From Camelus ferus (Eukaryota), in assembly GCF_009834535.1 (NCBI RefSeq), contig NC_045696.1:66156001-66220000 (forward strand): DNA of 64,000 nt. Direction: 5' to 3'. The notes beneath the pieces are model-generated. The model searched no databases and was not told the DNA's origin. It was given only the letters and a program-made list of their open reading frames with translations. Positions 51,704 through 64,000 of this stretch are shown here, piece after piece; within the stretch, counting starts at the first letter, position 1, and each line of letters starts with the position of its first letter. A program made the translations under genes and the position numbers.

Positions 51704-52319
51704 TGTCAAAGACAGACATTAGTTAAAGCAGTGAAAACAGATTTTATTCAGTAACTCCTGACAGTCCAGGAAAGACCTGAGCCTCATTCCAATCTGTATA
51801 GAGGAGATTTGGGCATTTTAAAGGGAGAATGAAGGAGGGGAGAAGGTAGGGGTTCAGCAGAGTCAGAGAAGTGAAAAACTACAAGGGGTCAGTCAATGTA
51901 AATCAGATCGGGCCAACTGTAACTGCTGGTCGGCGGTTACTGAAGTTAGGATTCTGTCTTCCCACAGAGACTGGGAGTCAGAGGCCCTAGCCTTCCAGAG
52001 GATAACATTTCAAAGAAGTGGCTCTCAGGTCCTCAAGAAAGACACTTCTGACTTGTAATAGATACATATTTACAAGTGTAAGCCCTTTTCCCTAAGTGCT
52101 TTAAGAAAGGGAAGTCAGATCATCAGATGTTGGCCAGAAGAAACAGTAAATTTCCCTGGCAGCCTTGAGCTTGCTCAGGCAGGCATTTTAATGAGAGGTG
52201 GGGGTCATCACAGGGAGACAACCTTACACAGATAGTAAGCCGGGCTAGAGTTTGGTCCAGTCCCTTGGTGCAGGGGTTTGGATCGAGTTGTTAATGTGTT
52301 AAGAGCTCTGCAGTTCTTA
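51704..52319 (-). mobile_element. ERV1-class solo LTR (MER31-like), 4-bp TSD
   Basis: tgtcaaagac...cagttctta flanked by gagg at 51700-51703 and 52320-52323; ttttattc near the left end is AATAAA on the minus strand. Confidence 0.78.
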
Positions 52320-54089
52320 GAGGTCACTAGTTCCCCCAGAGGATAGCCACAGTGAGAGAATCAGTGCCCCGCACTCCCCGTTGTTTCTCCTTCAGGACTG
52401 GCTTCTCCCCCTTGGAATGCTTGTCTGCACCGTAATGCTCCTCCAGCACCTCCACGGGAGCAGATCTAGATGAGTGGCAGGGTGACGGGCAAAGACATGT
52501 TTTCCAAAAGACAGCCTGAGTCTTCCTGGCCTATGGCCTAAAGCTCCCGGAGACGGTTAGAAAAGACCTAATTTTCTCTCCTTGCTTTTCTCCTTCCAAA
52601 CAGAAGCTTTGAAGCAAAGGTCAGGATTTTAATAAAGTCTTGGAGGCTGGTGATTATGCAATGTTGACACTTCACTACAGCAGGAAATTTAAAGACAAGA
52701 ACTTCGCATGCAAAAAGGGGGAACCTACCTTTATGGCTCTAACTTAGCCTTGTAAGTAGTTAACAACACATTTACCAGCTTCCAGCCTCCAAAATCTAAT
52801 CAAATAGGAGGCAGGCTGTTCACACAGATACCATCACCTGTATTATCCCATAAGCCAGACCCCTCCCAGTATGCTTTAGGGGAGACTCAGTCTAAACTGG
52901 TCACCATCTGGTGACTAACAATCAATCAGGGCCAGTTAAAATCATGATAAAATTTGCTTGTTCCTACAGCAATCTGAGAGAACAGTGCCTTTCAGCCTTT
53001 TTTTTTTTTTTTTTTTTTCCTGTGCAGCAACAGGAAGCCTGCATGATCCCCTAGCAGGCAGGCACTTGTTATATTATTCATCTCCAGAGAGGGATTTCCA
53101 ACTAGTCATCTGGGACTCAGAGACTGTGGATGGGATTCTTTCTCTGCCACCAGCGTTGGGAAATTTGTTTTATCTTTTATTCATTCGTTTATTCAAACAT
53201 GTGTTGAACATTTGCTCTCTATGAGCACTGTGAGCAATGCTGAAATAGGGTTGATGTGGCTCTTTTTCTATAGAAAAAGACACAATGCTTACATAGATGA
53301 TACAATACAAGGCTGAACTAGTATTTCCTCTTCAATGAACAAGTCCTATGTGGTATACCCTTCGAACATGCATTATTTCTAAACTTTGCCATAGCCTTAA
53401 GAGGAAGATATGGTTTTCCCTACTCTTAGTGATGAAATATTGGAGTCACAGACGCTTACTCACCTAAGAACACACAGAGAGTCAAGGTTGAACACAACAG
53501 CTAACTCCAGGTTTTACAGATTCTGAAAGCCACGGTTTCCCATGCTACACTGAGGTCCACAAAAATGTTCATACGGCATACTCTCGGAGTATTGAGGAGA
53601 GAAAATTGTCTCTGTGGAGAGGATCAAGGAAAGAAACAGAAGGGGTGTCAGAGCAGGGACTGGAAGGAGAGGTGAAATTAAGGTGTATGATGACAAAGAA
53701 GGCAGAAGAAAGACTCCACAGGACACAGGAAAAATATGCATTCATTCATTCATTCAACAATTTTTCAATACAGAAATAAAATAACTGCAAGTGATGTGGT
53801 AAATGCCTTTGGAAAGAGAGCACGGTATTGTGTGTGAGCCCAGAGGAAGGGGTTTGCACGTGGCCCAGAGAGATGGGAAAGGGGGACAGTCAGACTCCCC
53901 TGACTCTAGCTGGAGAACATGTGGACAGTAGTGGGAGAAAAGGGTGGTGGAATGGACTTTAACTGGTTGCTGGCATAAAAATGGGGAAAATACTATTGAG
54001 ATGACTCATTAGAGAGCAAGAATTGTGACTTATTGGCTTTTATATACCAAAATGGTGCTTGACATAAAAGATATTTGAACAAATGAAAG

Positions 54090-54310
54090 AGTTACTAATG
54101 CCTGCTGAGGGCCAGGTGCTCTCTAAGCCTGGTGCTTCTTACAAATATTATGTTATCATCACAGCATCTCCATGAGGTAGGTATTTATTTTTCTTATTTA
54201 AAAGAGATGAGAAAAGGTCCCCAGGAGGTAAGGACTTGCCGAACATCACAGAGCTAGGAGCCATAAAGCTGGGTTGTGAAGCTTGACTCTAGAACTTGTG
54301 GTTTACCCTC
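54090..54310 (-). mobile_element. MIR SINE
   Basis: atcatcacagcatctccatgaggtaggtatttatt...gatgagaaaa...ggacttgccgaacatcacagagctag. Confidence 0.7.
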
Positions 54311-55442
54311 ACTCTCTGCCCTGCTCTAAATGTCAGGCTCAGGCACTGCTGTTTTCTTAGGACTGTTGTTATTATTAACAATAATCATTTTATGGAAGTG
54401 TAACATAAAGACATTGAATTTGCAGAAATCACACGTGATTACTGCATGATCGATTTTCACAAAGTAAACACAACCAAGAAAATCACATCACCACGGCAAC
54501 AGAGTTTCACTTAATATGGTGTCAATATCTTCATTTCTGTTGGGGTAAAATAGTCCGCCTGTAGTTTTCATTCACGTACGTGCTATTCATGAGAACTCAG
54601 GAGCTCTAGAGTCATAACCTGCCTAGAGAACGAATTAGTTGGTAAGCGACAGCTTCCCTTTGGGAAGGGAAGTTTCCTCGGGTCAGAGGTGACCTCCGTG
54701 AAGCAATACCACTAGAGGCATCACTGAGCCTGGGCAAACCTGGCTGCCTCTGAATCCCGAGCAGTAGAACGAGAAGAGACAGTGAGACTTCTGCATCTAA
54801 TTTTGAAAATGATCAATAATTAACATGCTGGTTTGTTGTGTTTCTACAGTTGTAACCTGTAACATTTAACGTGGTCAGAGAGCTAGCTTAGACACAGGAA
54901 AATCCTGATAAAGATAAGGAAGAGCGAAGATGTCAGAGAGTAAAGAGGCAAAGGGTGCACTTGATTGATGCTAGGTGACCTGAGCTTGCTCTGGGTTTGG
55001 TTTCTCATCCTCTGTGTGATCTGCACACAGCCACTTCTGCTTCCTGAGCTTCTAGTTCCTTTCCTTTAAGATGATCATGGACTTGGCAATATTGTACTAG
55101 AACAGTCATCATTCGCCCTTACAACTAAGCGTGTAAATCACCTGTGGCTTTTTTATTTTGTTTTTATTATTTTTTGAATGGTTTTGTATTTACTAGTTAG
55201 AGGTGCCCGGTTTTCATGCCAATGTGTGGGTTGTGACAGTGAGAGAGATGGATCACCTCGCTCCAGAAGGGATTCTAGAAAGTGAAATTTGACATAGACA
55301 GCTGGACTTGCCGATTCTTCAGTTATCTTCCAGGGTTGCGTTTCTAAGAATATATGTCAGTTTAAATATAAATGCAAATAAGTTCATAAACGGCCACTGA
55401 ACCTGACTCTGAAAGAAACTGCATTTAAAAACTATGTATTTA

Positions 55443-55670
55443 CACATTATTATATATCAAGTACATAAACAACAAGGACCTACTGTATAGCACAGGGAAC
55501 TACATTTAATTTCTTATAATAAGCTACAAGGGAAAAGAATCTGGAAAAATATGCATATGTATATGGATAACTGAGTTGCTTTGCTGTACACCTGAAACTA
55601 ACATTGTAAATCAACTACACTTCAATAAAAAATAAAATTAAAAAAAGAAAAAAGAAAAAGAAAAGAAAAA
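55443..55670 (+). mobile_element. Cetartiodactyl-type L1 3' end with A-rich tail and TSD
   Basis: ataaacaacaaggacctactgtatagcacagggaactac; TSD tatgtattta at 55433-55442 and 55671-55680. Confidence 0.9.
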
Positions 55671-55989
55671 TATGTATTTAAATTGCATTTATCTGACAGA
55701 ACGACTCCACACTTTTTCCCTTAAGAACTAATTGAATTTAAAATACATTTGGTAAAGTTTACACATTTCTAGTGATTGAATATCACATAAAGTCCACAGG
55801 AAAGAAGAACAATTGAGAGTTTTTTCCAACTGTGGTTGAGTCTGCTTATTAACCTCAAATGAACTATAATGTTGTTTTCTTACTTGAGATCTGCTTTGCT
55901 ATTTAGAAAGGTTACTACATGAAAATAAAGATCAAAACAGTTCAGAGATTTTAAACAACTAGTAAATAAATGTAAAATCCAGTATTTCT

Positions 55990-56340
55990 TCAGAAAGCTA
56001 TGGCAACTCTGCACACTCATGGTCATACTATGGAATGCAAGATGACTTCCAGCTGGGAAATCAGGCAAGGTTTTATGGAGATGGTATTTGAGATTCATCT
56101 TGAGAGATGGATAGGATTTGTCAAGAAGAGAGGGAGGGAGGAGGCACTTAGGCAAGAGAAGCAGCAAGGACAGATGCATAGTGGCATGTACGTGCACAGC
56201 AAGGTGAAAAGAAATGTCCCAGTTTTCTTGTCTATAATCTCTACCCCTGGGAGTAGGTAGAGATAAGATAGGAAGCTGGTCTGGCCACGTTAAGGCACTG
56301 TTGTCTGCAACCGTAGGAAACCTTTGAAAGAGGATAAGTA
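55990..56340 (-). mobile_element. L2 fragment
   Basis: gggaaatcaggcaaggttttatggagatggtatttgagattcatcttgagagatggataggattt. Confidence 0.7.
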
Positions 56341-57778
56341 AGGGAATGGGTTGCCTAAGGTCACACATGTAATAAGAGAGCAGTTAGACTAGAATTCAGA
56401 CTGTCAGATCAAAAGTCTAAAGATCTTTTTTACTGTCCCCATCTACTGATATGGGGTCGGTAGGGTCATGGGATTATACCCGAGTCAAATATGCCACACT
56501 TACTGACCCCTAGACTTTTCCATATAACTGTCTACGTGTTTGAAAGTGGAATTCCTAAAAGTAATAGATCAAATTGCATGTATAATGACTTCCCCCGGTG
56601 GCTTCAAGGTCTTCTCCAGGGTAGAAGGTACCAGTTACTTATCAATGCAGAGCAACGGCATACAGGAAGCTGGCATCAGGAAGCCCTGGAGGGCAGTGCA
56701 TTAGAAACTATGAAGGGAATTTTAAATTGACCGAGTGCAATTACCCAAGTTGGAATTTGGCCAAGGTCTCAAGATTTAATATCATCACTCATCCTGGATC
56801 CTTGTAAAGACCCTCTGTGGTCAGAGACTTTAATTTTATTGTCCCTGTAAAATTCATGGGACAACATTTCTCAGCATTTCCCCCCTAAGCTGGGACACCT
56901 CACCTTTTTTTCTTGGCCACGGTGCTTCCGATATGGCTTTGATTGCTGCTGCTGACACCAAGACACTTTCATTGCCCCTGAAGGCCACTTTATTTATTGG
57001 TGCTATGTTTCCAAAAGATGCATTTTCTTCCACAAATATGTTTAGCTGGCCACGTAATAGCATAGGCTGACATTTTGGTCACCACTCAGGAGGGCAGCAG
57101 GTTGTGTAAATTCCACAGCTCCAGCGTGTCGATTGTGAGGTACCTTGAAAAAATTTGTACAAGTTGACCTTGCTTTAAAGAAAGAATCATAGAAAACATA
57201 CAATTGAAAATACAGCAGGAAGTAGAATCTAGTATCACATTTTAAAACTCAGAAAGATTTAATCAACTATTATGCATACACACACAACTTTTTTTATAGT
57301 GAAAACTAAAACATGGCTAAAATAAAAATATATGTAGAGATAATACTGCAGAATATTTGAAAAATCATGAGATAAACATCCAAATTAGGCAAATATGTGA
57401 TCAAATAGGCAAACATGTGATCAAACTATTAATAAATAAAGGAATGTAAATTATGGAATTGTACTCAACTGTACCAGTAATCAAAGAAATGCAAATACAG
57501 ACAATGATGAACATTTTTATAGTCATTATTGAAAAAAAGCTAAAACTAATTTTGCTAGTGAAATTTTGGCATTATTAGTATCCTGTTTCATTGCCATGAT
57601 GCTGAGGTTAAGTAAGACTCTTTGAAGAAGCAGTTTGGCAATGAAAGTCAAGATTTTTTAATACGTTATATTCCTCAAGCCAAATTTTCAATCCTGAAAA
57701 TTTACCTAAAGGAATAATTCAAGCAAAGAGAAAAATATATCCACATAGACATTCATTGCAAAATTGAATGATAACCTG

Positions 57779-58715
57779 ATGTTAATATCCAAAATATATA
57801 AAGAACTTCTCTGACTCAAAGACAAAAGCAAATCACCCAACTAAGAAATAGGCAAAGAACTTGAATAGACATTTTTCTAAAGTAGATATACAAGGGGCCA
57901 AATACGCACACTGAGAGATCTATGTAGGACTAACCGTCAGAGATGTGCCAATCAAAGCCACTACGAGATACCACCTCATACCCGTTAGGATGGCTACTAT
58001 AGAAACAAACAAAACAAAGCCCTTCCCACAAAACCCAGAAAATAACAGGTGTTGGTGAGTATGTGGAGAATTTGCAACTCTTGTGCATTGTTGGTGGAAC
58101 GTAAAATGGTGCAGCATCTATGGAAAAAGGTACAATTCCTTTAAAAAATTAGAAATAGAGTTGCCATATGATCTCACAATTCCATTTTGGGTATATACTC
58201 AAACGAATTGAATGCACGGTCTTAACAGACATTTGTACACCCATGTTCACAGCAGCAGTATCCACAATAGCCAAAAGGTGGAAGCAACCCAAGGGTTCAC
58301 TGACTGACGAAAGGAAAACAAAAGTTGTATACAGGTACAACGGAATATTTTTCAGCCTTACATACTGAGAGCATTCTGATACCTGCTACAATGTGAATGA
58401 ACCTTTAAGACATTATGCTAAGTGGAATAAGCTCATCACAAAAAGCCAAATACTGTGACTTCACTTACATGCAGTACCTAGAGTAGTCAAATTCATAGCG
58501 ACAGAAAGGAGAACGGTGGTTGCCAGGGGCTGCAGGTGAGGGAGAAAGAATAGTTGTTGTTTAATGGATATGGGATTTCAGTTTTGCAAGAGAGAAAAGA
58601 GTTCTGGAGATTGGCTGCATAAGAACGTGAATATACTTAACCCTTCCAAACTGTACACTTAGGATTGGTTAAGATGATAAATTTTGTGTGATGTGTATTT
58701 AACCACAATTTTAAA
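57779..58715 (+). mobile_element. L1MA/MB-like 3' portion (~0.94 kb) with 12-bp TSD, nested in an older L1ME-like remnant (~57400-58990)
   Basis: gagataccacctcatacccgttaggatggctactat, tgtacacccatgttcacagcagc; TSD aatga(t/c)aacctg at 57767-57778 and 58716-58727. Confidence 0.88.
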
Positions 58716-59778
58716 AATGACAACCTGGTTTGGTTAAAAAGTAGGAAAATGATTTAGACAATTTTGAAATGTCATGTGACAGAGTATTACATAGCCATTA
58801 GATATTATAATTACACACAGTATAAAAATTCTTATGATACTTAGATTTGAAGACACAGAATTCAAAACTCGTATTTATAGGCCTTCACCCTAATATAAAA
58901 ATGAAAAGAATTAAAGTGTTAAGATGATAAGACTGTATGTGAACTTTGTGATGTTTTATCTAAATTATTCTATAATAATGCATTTTTGAAAGAAATAAAA
59001 TTGGTACTATTCCTCTAAAAATAGGGGTGTCTATATTTTGTTTTATGGAAAAGGATTAAAAAGAAATGCTCTTTCTCTCCATGGAGAAATGAGCAAATAA
59101 GTAACTTGTACATAAAGGAAACCCCTTTGGAAATACAAATCAAAACTCAGTTTTTAGTTTGGAATAAAAGCAAAAAAAATAAAAAAATAAAAAAATAAAA
59201 AGAATCCTGAAATTTAAATCATGAACTATAGAAAATTCCAAGGAGACAAATAGACTGAGAATACTGTTTAATATTTTATGCTTTAGCATATCTGATTTTT
59301 AATTCATTTTTAATATTACTAATAATGTTTTACTGAAAAGTTTTTTTTAACTTTTAGATGTATGGTTTCATGAAGTTAGTAATCTTCCTTTTATTTGTTC
59401 ATACTTAATGTTGCAAAAACAATTTTCTATTGGATTAGATCTCCAATTTTGTAATGGTCATTAACAGAAAAATATTATTTGATATACATTCTTTGTAATA
59501 AATAATTTTTAGAGGTACCAATGCTAACTTTAAGTGTTTATTCATTCAATAAATGTGCAGTTGTATTTTCTTTCTGATTTTTAAATCAGATATTCACAAA
59601 CACGTCAGATGTTTCTGAGATGTTATTTAACATGTCACAAACTACCTGTAAAGATGAAGAAAGAACCCTCATCACCTTTGTGATAAGCAAGCATTTGGAG
59701 AAGATAAATGAAATCATATGAAACTACCATATATGAAACAACATTTAAATGAAGAGTTCATTATGAAGCAGACCACTG

Positions 59779-59850
59779 GAGAGAGAGAGAGAGAAAGAAA
59801 GAGAGAGAGTGAAAGGGATAAAGAGAGAGAGAGAGAGAGGGGGGGAAGAG
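59779..59850. repeat. (GA)n-rich microsatellite
   Basis: Interrupted gagaga run seen directly. Confidence 0.85.
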
Positions 59851-59959
59851 AAAGGAGTGTCAGTTTCCCCAAAGTGTCGACACACGAAAGTGGAACCACA
59901 ACAACACCATCAGGTGTCCCACTGTAGTTGGCCAGGATTTCCTAGTATTCGCCCAGAGC

Positions 59960-60125
59960 CCAGCTTGGGTTGAATTTCCAACTTTCTGACTGATTGGTGA
60001 TGGATTCTTGAATAAGTTATCTAACTTTATGCTGCAGTATCGACACATGTAAAATGAGGATTAAAAAAATCTATCTCAAAAGGTAAATTAGTACAAGGCT
60101 TAAGTGGAGTAACGTATTTCAATGC
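59960..60125 (+). mobile_element. MIR SINE
   Basis: ttcttgaataagttatctaactttatgctgcagtatcgacacatgtaaaatgagga. Confidence 0.6.
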
Positions 60126-63100
60126 AATTTCCTACCCCACCGCTTGACTTAAAAAGAATTTCTAACTTGTCTCTTGTTTCTAGGAACCACAGGTATCCTA
60201 AGGGAACAGTAGCTGATACTAATTCTTATTCTCCCCAAAGTCTAGCGCAACTCCTTACATGTGATAGGTACTTGGTATATATTTATTGATCAACACACAC
60301 ATTCAATAAACACTTTTTGCTGGATCAACACTGCAGCAGGAGATGTATGTTTTTAAAATGCTTTCCTGATTTACTGTGAGAAGTCAGAGGTACCAAACAG
60401 AGTAGCCGGAGGGTCAGCTCCTATGTTACTACGTAAGAAGAGGGAAAAGTCCTCCCTGGATACGTTGAAATGATTGTAATTGTCTATGCTTATGCATTTT
60501 AATATACCTTACAAGGCATTATCACCTATGACTTGATCCTCAAAACAATTATGTAAGAAAGTGAAGAAGTGGGAAATGTCCTTCCCAGCTTTAACAGGAG
60601 GCTCAAATTGATCGATGTGATTTTAAGTATCTAGTAAATATCAGCAAAGGGACCAGCATCCAGGTCTGCCACATCATGTTCTCTTTATGATGCTGCTTTG
60701 GTGTAGTCTGTTCAGTCACAAGACCCAACACTACCTTGCAGCCCTGGATTTATTATTTGCCTACGTCCATGGAACACAGGGGTAGTCAGTCTCTCCATCA
60801 CTAGGATTCAGTGTTTAGCTCTGAGCTCCACCTGGCATTGCATTGCAGTTTAATGAGACAGTTGACTCCTCATGAGAAAGATGTCAGAAGACAATTTTAT
60901 TAAAATTACTGTAATCATCATTATTATTTCATATGGACTACTCCACTAATGCTTTTCATATTCTATTCATATTAAGTAGTTATAACTCTTCGGAAATCTT
61001 TACCTTTGAAAACTCAAAACTCAGAGCTGAGGTTTTGAAAAGAACTCAGTGTAAAACGAGTGGGTGAAATTGCATAGTCTGCAAACTAATTAAATGAAGT
61101 TGGCATCTCAAGAGGGAGATTGCCAGCATCTTTCCCAGGCATCTTTTATGGCAGCTGCCTGACATGAGCACAAATGCCATGTGATTTGGTTTCATCAAGT
61201 TAGCCCCTGCTGATGTAACAAGATGATATCTTATCACCTATGAAGCCCTGATGTATTAGGCAACATTAAATCATGTGGCTGTCTTTCTCAACCCACTGGC
61301 ATGTCTTACTCTAAGGTATAGCGAGCAAAAATGACTCTCTGGAACGGACAACACAACGCAGGGATACAGAAACCACAGACTACAATTCACATGCCCTTAA
61401 TATTATCTTTGCATCCCTTTATATGCCTGGAACCAATCAATCATTGTTTACCATGCACCTACTGTGTACAAAGTACTGTGCAAGGCATTATGGAGAAGGA
61501 TGTTCTGAGTCAGGCGCATCCTCTGCCCTCAACAAAACTTTGGAATCTCAAAGGAGGCAAGAGCACACAAATATATATGACAGAAGGGAGACGGGACGAG
61601 AGCTGTAGACGGTTACAGAGGGCAAAGGAGTTCAGAGAAATTTTTAAAATCCCTCCAATCGGTTCCATCTGGCAAATTGTCTCCGTCATGTATATTCCTT
61701 GGTTTTAAGCAACTCTGTTAAAACCTAACACCCCACACTCTCACTTTGTATCCTATGTTGGCTCTTCCTGAATTAATCACCATAAAAAATTAGAAGTCTC
61801 TTTTTGAGTCTCCTATTCCCACTCCTGGTTTGAGAGTTAGTTCTGCTCATTAAGTGGTTTTAAATACTATGTTTTATTTTCTGCTAATGGAAATCTTGGC
61901 ATCCATATAGTTAAAATTTCAAAGAAAACAGAGAAAGAGGGATTTTTCCCAATTGTCTGGACTCAAGCTCGTGACTTCAGACTTAGGACCATCTCTTAAG
62001 ACGATGGAGAGACATCTGACAGTCAAAAAGTGCAGCCCATTACTGAGAGTCTTAAAGGTCAGACTGCAAGTGACCTGCTCTTATATGCGAGTTTCACAAT
62101 GACTAAAGAAGAGGTTAGCTGGATCAAATGACTATTATAAACTCACCGTTTATGTATGTCAGGACAAATGGAACAGCATAAGAGTGTTTTTTTTTTTCTG
62201 AATTTCTTTGAAGTATGACAGAGAAAATTAATTTGAGACTGAGAGAATAGAAAAGGAGAGCTATCAATTTGGAATTTGACAAATAAGGCCTGCTGATACA
62301 ACGTGCCAAGTCTGAGATAAAAAACGAACTTATTAGGAAAGCCGAAGTCCTTGTGAAGAAGTTTCTTTTCTTAAAATTTTTTTGCCAGTCAGGCTTTTTA
62401 AATTTTTTTTTTCTTTTGTGTTATTCTTCTTCTTACTGTGCTTCCAAAATCTTGAGCTATGATCAGATCATCAGCACTATCATCATCACGGGAAAAAAAA
62501 ATACATAAAAAGTGGGTGTGAACTTTCTCTGGGTTATGTACAAGCTAGCAAATTAACACCTTAAACTGCACCTTTAAGCTTTCAGCCCCGGTGGCGGAAA
62601 CAAGGAACCTACTAAAACCAGACAGGAGCGTTCATATACATCTATTTACATATATGCAATATGTATATAGGGCAAGGATAAATTCGTGGTGCTGCTTTCT
62701 CATATGCATACATACACGGGTACACACACACATCCCACACACACCAGGCAGTGCTCTTGCTATATATGTATACGTACACACAAACACCCATGTGCCATGC
62801 TTTATTTAGCACTTTGCCCATCTGTTTAAGAAGTTCCCATCTATTCCCTTCAATTCCCATTAAGTGTGAGCGAGTGTTTCCCATTTAGGATCAGGTGCCT
62901 CCATCTTTTTCTTCGCTGTGCACGTGGTATGCAGCGCTCAAAGCACAGAAGGCACTTGGTACATATTGTTTGAACTAAATTGGATTGCAGGGTGAAGACT
63001 TTAGGTAATCAATTAAATCAATACAACCTTGATATAATATGTAACATAGGCACAGTAAGACTTGGTTTAAATCTATAATCAGAATAGTTCAAGTCCTGGA

Positions 63101-63599
63101 GATTTGAAGAATTATGATGCAGAAGAAAGGATGTATCCAGACATAGAAGTCGCAGAACCCAGGTGTGAATTTCAGCTCTGTTATTAATAGCTGTGTGACT
63201 GGGCGGGGGGGGGGGGGTGATTTATTTAACATCTGGTTGTTTGAAACATCAAACCAAATAACCTGTACAGGCGACTTGTACGTGATAAGGACTCGATAGA
63301 TGCTGCTTTCCTTTTCCTTTTATGTTTTGATCAAATTCTAGCTCTTTAACATTTGGAAATAATAACTTTGTCTTTTGTGGATTTTGAATATGCACTCTTT
63401 CTCCCACTTTAAAGAATATTAAATGCTTAAAAATATTAGAACTTTGAATTAGTTCAGTTACGCTATCCATTGTTTTATTCAGCAGACATGCATTTTCCAC
63501 TGTAGTAAGTAACTGTGAAGTACACATGTATACTTAAGGATGCTAATATAGATGGAGACCTTCCAGTGGAGCACCAATAAGGCTAACACGGCCGTTTGG

Positions 63600-63730
63600 A
63601 GACTGAGATCTATACGTCAGACCTATGTGACCGTGGAAAAATCGTTTCTCCATTTTCTGGGTCGCAGTTCCTCTACTTTTCAAATGAGGAAGTTATATCG
63701 TATCTGAGGGTTATCTTAAGAGTTTTGAGG
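63600..63730 (+). mobile_element. MIR/MIR3 fragment
   Basis: ctatgtgaccgtggaaaaatcgtttctccattttctgggtcgcagttcctctacttttcaaatgagga. Confidence 0.6.
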
Positions 63731-64000
63731 TTTGTTTGCTAGAATTTGTGGGAAGCAACAGAGGCAGAAGGGGGAAGAGACAGTTATTTAGCCTAGTTGA
63801 AGAATGGGTTCATTCTTTTGAATTTCCTCTATCCCTTAAGTGTTCAGAATTGAAGTGCACCCTTTTTCAAACAATTGTTCCTAAAAAAACTTAGATCTTT
63901 GATTACGCTTGCTTTGTAATTTGAATTATTATTGTTTCCAACAATGACAGTTAATCTTATCCTTGTATTCTCTCTTTGTGCAGCCCTTCCATTTCAACCA

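Noticed and set aside
54709..54725. CTCF-like motif ccactagaggcatc
   Set aside because: Deviates from the core (lacks the GGGC/GGC spacing); a single weak match is not supportable without ChIP data.
47600..64000. Exons of a neighbouring gene (TMEM207 is upstream of IL1RAP in human, from memory)
   Set aside because: No recognisable coding exon seen; the region is repeats and unique intergenic sequence, and the neighbour probably lies beyond the window.

Overview
Mammalian genomic DNA containing the 5' end of IL1RAP (interleukin-1 receptor accessory protein) on the minus strand. A CpG-island promoter and non-coding exon 1 lie at ~46.8-47.5 kb, and the first coding exon (signal peptide MGLLWCVMSLCFYGILQSDAS) lies at 4414-4478. 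The gene continues off the left edge, and ~47.5-64 kb is upstream intergenic sequence. The rest is mostly ancient interspersed repeats (MIR, L2, L1M, MaLR/ERV solo LTRs, hAT MITEs), several of them nested, plus a few younger L1 3' ends with target-site duplications. The repeat complement suggests a cetartiodactyl, most likely a camelid (inference). Nearly all ORF-track entries are spurious. I found no prokaryotic-type system (CRISPR, operon, defence island). The best leads concern 5' splicing of IL1RAP: a candidate 162-nt cassette exon in intron 1, and an L1-derived homologue of the human 5'UTR exon 2 that lacks its AG acceptor here. Repeat family names and comparisons to human come from memory, not from a search; repeat boundaries are approximate unless a TSD is quoted.
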